A stretch of DNA of 64,000 nucleotides from Iphione sp. A-MEVVRFRX5 (Eukaryota), in contig OZ320316.1 in the NCBI GenBank assembly GCA_976226885.1, forward strand, positions 56,048,001 through 56,112,000, given 5' to 3'. Every line of letters begins with the position of its first letter. Position 1 is the first letter of the stretch. Of this stretch, positions 1-11,666 are shown piece after piece. The position numbers and the translations under genes were made by a program. The notes under the pieces were generated by a model. That model had not been told where the DNA came from and did no database searches. It was given only the letters and a program-made list of their open reading frames with translations.

Positions 1-1072
1 CAGACGGTATAAACTTGCCATCATTCTTGAACAACGTTGGGGCTAGTGGAGTGGATGGTTTTAGCAGCTATGGGCGGTGGCTGGACATCACTATATAGTG
101 TTTGCCGGCGTACCACGACTAGGGAAATCCAAACTAACATGGGCGGGACTAGCCTCCGATAGCTTATCACAAGGCACTCCCCCATGAAACCTCCTCGCCA
201 AGAATCTACAGTTGCCTCTCTCTCAAAGTAAGTACTTCGGACCCTAATGGTGGTTGATGGACTATGTTGAGCTAATCAAATTGATTTGGTACCTTTCTTG
301 CAGCCTAAGGAAGTCTAAAGATTATGGAAAAGATGTGAATAGTAATTCTGCAAACATTGCATCATTCAGACATAGGCAGTTCATGTTCTTCAAATATCAT
401 GTTCAGCGACGTGAAAGGTTCCTATGCCACACTGTATGACTGGATATGTCACACGAATATATAAGACCTAACAAAACGTACACATATGAATTAGTGTGTT
501 GGAGATAATCAAGACAAAGTAGATCTTGAGCTGCCTTTGTGCTCTTTCCCATTGCTAAAGCATTTGGTGGTTGGATCATTAGTTTGTGGCAAGATTATGT
601 TGTGTCATTACACGAGGAAGGTTTTAGTCTTTAGGGTAAGAATTAAACTTTGGCGTAGACAGTGGACTCTCGCTTAGGCGACCACCTGACGACTCGGGGC
701 ATATAGTCGTCTCTGCGATCAGGTTGCCTCCAAGAACAATTACCTCTCTCCCTCTATGTTTCCATGTATATCTCCCTCTCTGTCGTCCCCCCTGTCTTCC
801 TCTCTGTTGTCCCCTCTCTGAGAGCCACAGCCACAGCCAAGGGATGAGAAAACTGGCCATTTGTTTTTCTCTGTGGTCTTCCAAGTGGTCTCCTGGGTGT
901 CCTTTTGGTTGGTGTTTAGGTCGTCTAGTCTGTACTGTGATCCGGTCTCCCTTGTGGTATCCCATCATGTACAAAATGCACTAAAAACTCTTTTATTCTA
1001 TTAATTGTGCTCTTCCCTAGTCCGGTGTCCCCCGCGATCTGCTTTCTACACAGGATTCCATTGTTTTATGTA

Positions 1073-1426
1073 TTATATGGTAAACCGTAACGTACAGAGG
1101 GATCTCTCAACTACCAAGATGAATGGATGGCTATTTGCTTTCAGGGTGCATAAGTGTCTACTGGTAGATTCTTGAAGTTCCCTGACTACAGTGTAGATGG
1201 TATTTCCCTCAGGGGTTACTGTACAATTCACGTGTGTTACAGAGTAAGAATAAATGGTGCTAATAATGTCTCTCTACAGCCATTTTATTATCCGACTGTC
1301 TACGTAGTAATTTGATTCCCTAAAACCTTAATAATTGAATTCCTCCCGACACGCACCATTAGGAGACAAAAGCAGGCTGAAGAGGAGGTAAAATATTAGT
1401 GATTTCTCTAGATGTTCTCTAGCCAT
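1073..1426 (-). pseudogene. Decayed secreted/envelope-like glycoprotein reading frame (possible retroelement env remnant)
   Basis: One minus frame of ~118 codons has only two internal stops: MAREHLEKSLIFYLLFSLLLSPNGAC (signal-peptide-like) ... YSYSVTHVNCTVTPEGNTIYTVVREL (NCT sequon, Cys). It lies downstream of the pol fragment at 2040-2360 on the same strand. No family assignment is possible by eye. Confidence 0.3.
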
Positions 1427-1471
1427 TGGTCTTTCATGACTCCTTAAGTAACATTTCTTCTATCTAAGCAA

Positions 1472-1960
1472 ATGATACAACTACATTTTCACATGCCTTA
1501 TCTCGTACTTTCCCTGCTACTTTTAATACTCCTTGTCTTTCCCATTCTCTTTCTTTCATACTTCTTGATTGTTAGACTTGCATTACCGTTTCTTATTTTT
1601 AATATCACTCTACACTATTCCACACCTCCTATATCCTTCCTACGACAAAATGCATCCCTTTTCTCTAACATGCTCTTTGGCTTCTCCTTTTTCCTTATTA
1701 CGACCTCACCATGTTCTGTTCTTGACGTCCCTGTTCCCATGTGCCTCTTGCTACTTTTGTTCCATTCACTTTCTTTGAGATTCATTTGTCTTTTTGTCCT
1801 CTCTTTCTGTGTTCCTCTCTTCACATTGGGATCCTCCCCCTCTCTCTCCCTTTCTTTCGCGTTCTTAATATTTCTCTTTTTCATTAAATTCATTCTCGTC
1901 CTATGTCAATATCTTCTTGCATCACTCTCATTTCCATGAATTCTTCTTTATCACACGGTA
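1472..1960. repeat. Pyrimidine-rich low-complexity tract (purine-rich, Lys/Glu/Arg-coding on minus)
   Basis: Strong C/T bias on plus. It explains the hydrophobic ORF 1472..1939 and the K/E/R-rich ORF 1615..1893. Confidence 0.6.
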
Positions 1961-2039
1961 ATCATTATATCTACCTTTTGTTTCGTCATAGAAATTCTCA
2001 GGATGCATTCCTCTGGAGTTAAAGTGCTTCTAGGATAGG

Positions 2040-2360
2040 TCGGTGCAGTAAGACTGTGGTCCTGGGATGCCAATGGGTGAGGATACATCAGCCTGGTAAT
2101 GACTAGCACCATCTACATATAGCTCAGTCCTTGAAAACCACCCCAGGTCCACCACTCACTACAATGATTGAGAGACAAATTCCCACAGAATCAATTTAGC
2201 TGGGGCTTAGTTTTACATACATCAAAAGGCCGATGATTTATATAATCAAGAACTGTAGCCAGTTTATCCGAGGTTCATGGGCTCTCCAGGTCAACTGTTG
2301 GTGTTCATGGAATGTATTAATCACAGTCAAATGCATAACAGCCGGTATGTCACCCCAAGT
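2040..2360 (-). mobile_element. LTR-retroelement pol fragment: end of Gypsy RNase H/tether followed by start of a second RNase H
   Basis: Minus translation gives PRINWLQFL..(frameshift)..PFDV/YVK at ~2273-2211, resembling the Gypsy R..W...L...FD..Y.KG motif. About 30 codons later is TELYVDGAS (2128-2102), resembling the RNase H catalytic-Asp strand Y.DG.S. Confidence 0.4.
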
Positions 2361-3820
2361 AAGGTTGTCTTGGTAAAGGGCTTCGATTCCTTGCAACATG
2401 CTGTACTATTTAAGAAGCTGAATAGTATCTGCCTTCGTAACCTGTTTGACTGGTTCAAAAATTATCTAAGTAATAGAAAAATCTATACACGGATTGGTAA
2501 GACATAATCAGATAAGACACCTCTTAAGCTCGGAGTACCACAAGGTAGTATTATCGGAGCCATGTCATTCACACTCTTCATTGATGACTGCCTAGCGAAT
2601 ATCACTGATTGCTGCACCGTAATGTATGCAGACGACACTATAATCCTATATGGGAGTAAATCTATCATCAGTGTTTGGGATAAGCTAAATGCGGAAATCA
2701 GAAAACTAGAAAAATGGTGCCTATCAAATGGTAATAGAATAAATTATGACAAAACAGATACTATGTTATTCACAAGTAAGAGAAGCAAACACAAGGGTGA
2801 ACAACTTAGAATCATGCTTGGTCAGCATGAACTCAAACAGGTAAGTCTTTATAAATACCTTGGCTTCACTCTGGACGAACACCTTGATATGTCATTAGAA
2901 TTAGAAAACAAGCTTAAGAAATCGTACAGTCTACTCAATTTACAATGCCATGTTGCCAGGCTGAGTAATCAAAAATCCTCCCTTGTAATTCTTAAATTCT
3001 TTATTCCAAACCTAGAATATGGCATAGGTTCAATAAGATGTCATGATAAACCACTGTGCCCAAAATTAGGAAGCCAATTGATACATGCAGTAGGAATTGT
3101 CTGGGATATCAAAACTTGTGATCTAGAAACAATTCTCACCCAAAATAATATCCTACCATTCCGATATCGTAGCAACTACCATACGTTAACTCTAGTGCTG
3201 TCTAAAGAATATTAATTATCCTGTCAACGAAATAGATTAAAAAATGCAAGTCTATCCATGCAAAAACCTAACACTGATCTTTTTAAGACTAGTCCTAATT
3301 GACACATTGCTGCTTGACAGGACATGTTTTATGGTCATGATATCTATCAATCAAAGTGTTCCATAGCCAATGATGTAATGCTGTTTTGTCATGTGACTGC
3401 ACTGTTGCTCACATGTGACTGTAGTATAATTATGACTGTCACATGTCATTATGTGGTTATGTTAATGTATAGACATTATTTCCATTGAAAACATGTTGAG
3501 GCATCTATAGTTATTTTCAAAGTATATGAAAAAGTGAAGTACACTGATACTATGACTGGAAACCTTTTTTTTGAATATTGTACGTGACTGTAGTGAAAGT
3601 ATGACTGCATGCTGTGATGGGTGGGCATGGCTACATGACAGTACAGGGATATGTCAATTACAATTCCAGATATCTCTGGAATAAGCTTCCATCAAATATA
3701 AAAAAATTAGCCAAACAAGTATTCAAAAACCATGTAAGGAAGAGTCTTCTAAATAAGGTCTCGAAGAAGAACTGGAAGGTACCTTGAATCCATGAGGAGT
3801 AGCAATAAAGGTTCTTCCCA
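2360..3820 (+). mobile_element. 5'-truncated CR1-group LINE (RT domains 3-7, C-terminus, 3' UTR), pseudogenised
   Basis: KGFDSLQH, WFKNYLSNR, in-frame stop, GVPQGSIIG, MYADDT, YKYLGFTLD (ORFs 2277..2507 and 2562..3215). The C-terminal LWNKLP..FK motif is at ~3675-3730 and AATAAA at ~3804. Confidence 0.9.
3301..3655. mobile_element. 355-bp MITE with AATT target-site duplication (Sola1-like by TSD) inserted in the LINE
   Basis: Termini GACACATTGCTG / CAGGGATATGTC form an imperfect 12-bp TIR, flanked by AATT at 3297-3300 and 3656-3659. Removing it restores the LINE frame FKTSPNYNSRYLWNKLP. Confidence 0.75.
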
Positions 3821-6800
3821 ATAGACACTACCTTACATGATCGGAATCATACAATGATAGTCCATAGTTCATACTCCTCATCAATATATATAGCTGTATA
3901 TATATATATGTCCATAGAACTATTACCTGTAAATAACTGTAAATAGTATGTAAGAAATCTGTACCTTTTCGATGTAGTAAAATCTTGGTGCTAATGGATT
4001 GCCAGGTAAAATATGTGAATAAAAAAGGGCTCATTTTGTCATGGAATGGTTTATTCACAAAGCAAGCTACTCTAAGCATATTGCTCAATGCGGGAGAGAT
4101 CTTGTATAATCTCCATGTAAAATGAAGCAAAGAAAATTCGAAAGAAACGTAGTCTCGAGGTGAAAACAAGTACGGATATGAGGGCGGTCTGCCCACTCAC
4201 TTGGTATGAGCTCACTGGTTTTCATATTTCATGTCTTTTGTATGTAAAACGAGATGTACCATTCTCCCTGTGTCCGAAACGTTTTCTTCTTATTACTTTT
4301 CGGGGGTATAAATGGCGTTCAGACAAGCCTTCCTCCCCGAGGCGACATGGCATAGCATTAGCCGAAAGGAGACTCAAACAAGTTTACATCTGCAGAAATA
4401 GTTATACAAAAACTCCAGACTTGGACACAAATGAGCTTACCTTTAGATCCGCAAAATACAGAGACAGCGACCCATTCGGACATTTTATCAAACAGATTTA
4501 TTTAAATAGAAAGTATATACAAATACTCAAAGTCATAATTATGCAGCCACATCGAAAAAAAACCCACAAGTACAGTCATAGAGAGAAATGCCTATCTGAA
4601 AATGTATGTATACATGTATGTATATTTAATATATTTTCAAAGCGTACAAAATAAACTCATACCGTCCAGAGACCGTCCTAATAACTGACACAAGTGTATA
4701 AAATGATACATGGTACGTGTAATACGTGTATTAGAGAGAAACAAGAGATGTAACAAGAAATTCAACTCCATACCGGAATAAAAACACAGTAGAAAACATA
4801 CGCGACCCCAAATTAGCAACTTGTAAATAAGTTGGCAAAATGAAAAGAGAACCAGGAAGTCGTCTAATGAACCGACGATACGTACTTCCATTTATTTCCG
4901 GTTTGTATTAAGCCTTCCTTCCCCAGCGGCCCCGACCCTTCCCTCAAGCTCTCTGGTAAAATAGCTGTCGACTTCTCTTATAATTGGCTACATTTCCCTT
5001 CCCTCACGTCTGCTGCACTCACACACACATATATAGACGCACGCACATACATACACGTACCCATGGAGACATATAATGCCGAATACACATGCACCGCAAC
5101 ATAAACACATACTACGTACGTGGGCATTATAATATGTGTACAAACAAAGAGAAAAGAATTCAGAATGCCAAGTCTAAGAGAATAGATATTCAGTCATATT
5201 TCATTTCATTGTATATTTAACCAGGAACTGGATGTTCAGCTATCATTTAAGCTGTTCTCCCATACCAGCCTAGGATAGCAAACTACTATCTCTTACTGAG
5301 AACTGTGAGCCCAGAATATCCAGGGTTGCCCCACACTTATATATTTAGCAATACCCAAAAAACAAACATGCTCTTCTTAATACATGTGTAGGCTATATAT
5401 ATATGTACAAATATATATTTATATATACAAGCAAAGAGTATTTTGCACACAAAACATTTAATATTATGTCTAGCTAAGAAAATAAGAAATATATAGTGCA
5501 GCAAAGAACACCAGAAAAGTTCTTTAAGGTTAGTTCCTCGCCCACTCGACAGCATTTTGCCTAAGGTTGTTCGGACGTCTTACTGTTTTCCATTGGAAGA
5601 AGGTCGGTATTGTTACCGGAAACACATGTTGTTTTTTAAAAGATTTGATAGTGAGTGCCAAAAGTTAAAAAGGTTAGTTATGTCCAGCTGCTCAAGCTTT
5701 CATAATAATAATGGCATTCATTGGTTAGTAGGCCTAAATTATCAAAGAATTGCGCGAGAGGCTCACATCTCCAACGAATCTTTAGCATTCTCAATAACTG
5801 TTGACATAGCGCCGACCAGATACTGCGACGCCTCAGCTTGGAAGTAAATTTATATAAACTGTACTGCAAAACGTTTGAAGCTAACATACTTATTTCTAAA
5901 TTTAAGATCAAACCTTGGAATGCATCCATGTAAGATACATTTTTCTAGTTTTTCTGTTAGCTATAACTGTTAGTTAAATATTAGTACTAATAAAGAAATT
6001 AATTTTTTCATCATAACCAAATTACTACTTATGTATTTAAGGAAGCACTGTTTTAGAAGAAAACTACATAAATCCATATGCCAGTTTTGAGTTATATACG
6101 CTGTCAGGGCTCAGGCACGTACGTGTGATCAGATTGATACGAGACCTATTAGGCCACAGCACGATAGCTCGATATATTAAGTGTCGCCGTTTCATGTCTA
6201 CCTGCGTCATAGAAAAAGATAAAATGGACATAAAGTCTGCAATTCGGCAGAGACAACAAACGTCAATAGCACATACCTGATTACGCGAAGAAGATGAATG
6301 ACAAACGCTTGAAAAAGCAAAGCCATTCCATACAAACACATGCATATTTTGGCCAGACCGTTTCCATGCGAATTCCCCTTTTTTTATTTCAGAACGAGAA
6401 CCACGCTTTATTTTTGTAGTTGGCTGAATTACCGCATGGATGCCCAAAGTCTGTTTGTGAAGCAGGACCAAGAGGGTTGAAGGGTCGCCTCTTGTTTACG
6501 CGCGTATTTGGTTCCGACATACCAGGAGTACATGTGGTGCACCCTAGGGTAACAAGAAGAACAGAAGAGGGGCAGTGAGTACGGCATAATGCACCTCTGT
6601 ATAGCCGACACTGCAAACCAAACAGGAACAATAAACATCTGCGGTTTAGAATTCACACTTCGTATCAAGGATATTCCATGGATTCCTCAACTGTAAATTA
6701 GAGGGACATTATCCAATGGGAATTTCAATCAATTAACTTTGATGATGATTATTAAATGAATTCTAAATGTATGTGTGCAAGATTGTGCGTGTTAGACGAA

Positions 6801-7699
6801 GGGCGCAAAATTCACGAAGATCTAACATGGCCTCGCCGGCACGTCTCCACTGGACATCGAGAACTGAAGGCGTTTGTGCTTTGCAGGCTTACCATGCAGG
6901 GTTTTTTCCTTTAGCTTTTCATCTTGCCATTTCAAGTGGAAAGGATGAATCCTGTTTGGTGCTTATCCTGAGTCTGAGATGGATCTATGCTCTGATTGAC
7001 CAAGTCCTTTTGCTATAAATAAGTTCCGTGATTCATTTTGCCAATAATCCAGAATAGTGCGTCTTTGCAATTCCCCGAGGTTGCGCAAGGTGACATCGTC
7101 ATGGAACAGGAAATTAAGGAATGACAACATTCATGACGGAAAATAGGACCCATTTTTAGACATTTCTTATCAGATTGATAACAACGTGTATTAATCAAGC
7201 AGTCACTTTATTCTTCAATTCACCTATTAGATAACTCTATGGGTATAATGGCGTTGACGTTCAAATATTTTGTGAAATAGGCGCCAAGACAAGGGCGGCG
7301 AGATTACACATCTTTTTCTATCTTTCAGTTTGTTTCCATGATGATTTCTAAGTATGCCTTCATCATCAATTTTCAAGAAAACACAAGTTTGTCTGTTCCA
7401 TATGTACCTCACGGTTTCCTAGACCAGGGTGCCAATGTCATCCATTATATACAGGATGTTCCATACGTGTGGATAAGTAAGGGAAATTCTTCTAGGTAAA
7501 CACGTATATATATTCGGGTAGCGTGCTTACGTAAAAGAAACTTGGTAGGTGTTGACTGAAGACGTGTAGACGTGTATTATGTTTAGATGATTTTTAATAT
7601 TGAAATTCTTCATCAAAAGATCCTTTCTGTTTTGTTGTTTTGACTGTATCATGTGGTCGCCAAGAACACATCGCTGTGCTTGGTAAGAAGAAATATCTA

Positions 7700-10430
7700 T
7701 GCAGCAAATTGTATTTGCTATCGACGATGTTGCTTACAGTGCAGGGATGTCTTATTCCCATCAGTTCGGTTCAACACAGTTTCTGGGTGATCTGCCAGCA
7801 AAGGCATCAGATGTGTTAATGGAAGCTCGGTAATTAGTTGGGCCATTTCTATCACCAAGGCGAGTGACTATGGTTGATTTGCACGCGTTTGATTGGATAA
7901 TTAAGGTGACCTGATTTGACCATACTTTTATGTTGGTCCAATGTCAGTAGAATGTATAACTGTTTCAGGAGAAAATTGAAAAGCATTCAATCAGACTTCG
8001 TTAGTAATTGGTGCAAATTAAGGCAACTGCAATTCGTAGTGTGTTCTGTTATATCACGACCGTCGTCACCTACAGGGCACCACTTACTTTGAAGGCCCTG
8101 ACATTGCCCCATCCATAAGAAATCTACCTGTGGCGTACTTGTGCATGGTGTGAGAGCCTTTTTGTCGTAATGGAATATGCACTTAAATTTGATAGAATGA
8201 TGAGTTCCTTTGGCCATAGTTTGGCCAGGTTTACATTTGTCACGTATGACAGGCACGTATAACTGCAGTGTTAATATCTCATGACTGAAGAAGGATTAGA
8301 GGCACCCACAGGCTTCTGGTTAATAGTCCATAATTAAATGGAGATGACAGCATGAACTGTTTTTGTGATATCATTTGTTTGCCAGTACCGTGTGGACCTA
8401 TCGGAGTAAACGCTGAATGTGACTTGTCACCTATCGGAGTAAACGCTGAGTGTGACTTGTCAGGTCATTCTTTGTTTTAATTGTGATGAATAAAAGTATG
8501 ACGCTATGTCGTCCGTGTTTGCCCAGGAACAAGAATAGAGTACAAAAAGGGTCTTATTCCTCATTTTACCTTATTGCTGAGAGGATTATTTCCATGTTGA
8601 GTTTAATCAGTCTAATGGATGATAAGAGTTTCTTCTCTTAATGATAACGGTTTTGATGACGTTTATCCCTTGACCCAAGAACAATATTGAATTTTCAACC
8701 CTTGAATTTTACAATTAATAGTGCTACCAAGCGGTCGCTTCTTAGCAGCATTGTTCTGGAATATAGTGGAGAGACATAGTCCATAGTGACCCTGATAGTT
8801 TCCGTAAAATAAAATTTTCATGGGCAATTTCTGTCTGAAAGTATGTGCTGTAGGTAATCCACTGCCATCAGTTCTGCCTTTCGACCCGCTTCGTGTTTGA
8901 TGATTCTGTGTTCAGTGGGTTATAGTCTTACAGGTGACCGTCATGGGATCGTTTAAAGCCCGCTCTACCTTACTAGAGGTCACCCAAGAAGACCTGGCAT
9001 ACTTTAAATTGTGATTTCAGTGATCTTTCTAGAAGTCCGATCTAGTAGAGATTCAGGATGTATTGTTACCCTCATAGATATTGCTGCTGTTACATTATTC
9101 TACCTAGGTAGAAAGTTTAATTTTTATACAATCTTTCTCATCGAAAGATACGCAATAAGACATAGACTGTGCTCTCACATTTTCCGATAAGTCCTTCATA
9201 CATTTCTACCAGTGGGTGCCTAAACGGTACTAGAATCGACGATGCAGAATTGTGATGATAGACTAGGAATGTTGTCTCAATCTTCATATAAAATGTGCTA
9301 GTTCCCTGGGCAAGGGGTTAGTTTTCCGTCACCGATTAATGGAGAATGAGACGTAAAGTTGAATGTAAAATCGCAGGGAGGTTTTTAACTCATAGTCCAT
9401 AGGGGTCTAACTTGAGCCAAGCGTTTTATTTGTGCATTTCAGCACCATAGGAGTGTCATATAATACCGATGAGTTTCCCTTGTCAACTCAAACTCTGTAG
9501 GAGATAATGAGATTGTCACCTTTTCTAGGTTTTACCCTTCAATGACTGTGTATATAGTGCGGTCCAAAAAAATGTGCAAAAATGCCTTCTCCTCGGGTAA
9601 CTAATATTTTAAGATAGTAATGTCCAACATAACATTTCCACCAAAATAACCAAAGATTTGAAAATTTGAATACCAATTCTGTGGAGAGACTGCAACAAAT
9701 ATTGGCTTACAGATGTGGCGTCTATTGAGGAAATGTGCAATCGTTTGATATCGTACTCGTTATCATGTATACAGGCTATCAATTTCTATAGTAATTAACG
9801 GTTCGGTACCAACAGAAGCTCGTTATCATGAATACAGCGTTATCAGCTTTTGAGATATCACTGCAGTAATAAGAATTGTACTTAGTCAACAATTTGTGGT
9901 CTTTATAGGTTGACCCGTAGTGTTTTTTGCAATGGCATATTGTATGTAGATTCATGGGAGCCTTGTATGTTGGGCAATGTCTCCTGTCAATGTATTTTAA
10001 AGCACGTATCACCAATCCCTTTAATGGCGGGTCTCAGTATTCCCTCTGAATTCTAAATGATTCATGATAATACTTAGATGTACGTTTTGTAACATTCTAA
10101 AAATATGAGGAGTACCTTCTATCATTTCTAGGCCCACTCTGCATGGCTGCATCTTATTCATGCCCAGTCAGAACAGTAGAAATGAAGAACAATTAAATGT
10201 CCAATTGTCTATCATAAAACACCCATTGCGTATCAGAATTTCTCTCATTTATTCCTCTCTGATGACATATTCAAACAACATCGTTCTTATTGGTCAAATT
10301 ATCTCAGAGGTGAGTGATACTGAGAATCCGCTACATACTTTGACGTCATAGTGAACGTTTTCATTCAGCAATCTACCCTCATGTTTGAATCAGACCGCTA
10401 TTTCAAAGGTTCAACTGATTTGCCCTTGTC
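7700..10430 (-). mobile_element. Fossil Ty3/Gypsy-like pol: PR-RT-RH/tether-second RNase H (RNase H1 type)-integrase
   Basis: Ordered motifs across frameshifts. PR: (D>N)SG ~10400. RT: EGILRP 10046, IDRR 9991, DISKA 9859, I(N)DL.ISS ~9745, YVGH 9631. RH/tether: YDTPMVL 9460, RELA 9307. Second RH: Y..SSWV..GRAG ~9000, KAELMAV 8877, KILF/T(E) 8815, AAKKRPL 8743, SWVKG 8677. Integrase: DINTAVIRACHT*Q 8278-8237, PETV..TDIGP 7969-7934, HPET..LNRT 7789-7763. Confidence 0.75.
8396..8462. repeat. 33-bp tandem duplication (2 copies)
   Basis: ACCTATCGGAGTAAACGCTGA(A/G)TGTGACTTGTC twice with 1 mismatch, inside the Gypsy pre-integrase region. Confidence 0.95.
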
Positions 10431-10623
10431 CCTTTGCAGATGTAGTTGTATTCATCCACGATATGCCACATGTATTACAGGAAAAATGGAATTATGAATC
10501 CAGCTCCCCACTGACCAATTCAGAGCGATTATTGTAATGATTATGTCATTTGACCTGAAGCTATAATACATCTGGCTTTGCTGGACACAGTAAATCTCTA
10601 TCTGAGGACGTGTTAACATTCAA

Positions 10624-10665
10624 TAAGGCCTACTGAAAATGACATGTGTTACCTGCAGCCCGACC
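10624..10665 (+). mobile_element. Orphan terminal repeat of the TAAGGCC...TGTGTT...CCGACC (Academ-like) MITE family
   Basis: TAAGGCCTACTGAAAATGACATGTGTTACC...CCGACC resembles the termini at 16478, 22990 and 53919. It truncates the Gypsy element upstream of the protease. Confidence 0.4.
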
Positions 10666-11265
10666 AACTCTTCATTTGGCTGCTGAAACGTTGAAACAAT
10701 TATTTTGTAATTAAATACATTGGGGTTAAATACAGATACAGATTCACTATACAGCATTGTGTTTCTTCGATCATTAGCTTTCACATGGTATAAGACTAAT
10801 AACGATCAAAACAGTAGAAGTGGTTATCCAAGATTGTAAAGTACTGTCTAGCCTTTTCACTGGAACGTTTGTAGGTAAAACACAAAAGAAAAACCACCAC
10901 CCTACGGACCCATGCATAAATGTTCAACATATTACCGGAAGCAAAGAGTTTTTTCTTGTCTAGGGCTAATCGCATATGTCAAATTTCTTTTTCACATTTG
11001 AAACTTCATTCAATATACACAGACAGTTCAGTCCCATCTGAAAAGACCTGTTCCACACTCAAACCTCCTCAATCACGCATACACACACCAACCCACTCAA
11101 TTACACACCACCGCACAAATAATTTAAGACGGCGACAGGTCGATTAATCCTGGAACAAGCTTGAATCCAAAGAAAGACAGAAGAACCTATGCCTAATATG
11201 TTGTTGCAATTGATGTTAAACATAACAGAAAAAAACAAATATTTATCGGTAAGCAACAGGATCAT

Positions 11266-11612
11266 TGTTATATCAAGCATGATTTCGAAATGAGTGGGAC
11301 ATAAGAGCCTCAGTCCGTATTATAAGCGATTAGTAGGACTAGTATTTGGCTAGCTAACGCTCGTTTGCCTTGTCCCATATACAGACAGATAGTGACAGGT
11401 GCTACATAACCCTTCACCCTACACAACTGCTGCCTCCACCGACCATTACGCCTAGATCAGCATTACAGACGACCTTCACAATGATCAATTTCCGTATTCT
11501 CTGGAAGGGTGCTGCATCAACGACACTATCGTGTGAGTGTAAACATTAATTTTGCTACTCTCTCTCTCTATCTTCCTGTCTCATTTTTCTCTACCTTCGT
11601 TCTCTCTCTCTC

Positions 11613-11666
<54 letters not shown>

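Noticed and set aside
1472-1939. 155-aa hydrophobic ORF suggesting a membrane protein
   Set aside because: The L/F/S richness is a by-product of a CT-rich low-complexity tract; no domain motif.
8396-8462. 33-bp direct repeat as a CRISPR-like array
   Set aside because: Two adjacent copies with no spacer, in eukaryotic retroelement DNA, and no cas genes.
8600-8760. Polinton major capsid protein remnant on plus (VYPL..IEFS)
   Set aside because: Only a few residues match, and the minus strand of the same interval carries a coherent RNase H motif series.
9553-9780. Tc1/mariner MITE starting TA|TAGTGCGGTCC
   Set aside because: No matching right terminus. The interval translates on minus as RT domains 5-7 (I.DL.ISS, LHRIGIQI, YVGH, TFFG) of the Gypsy element.
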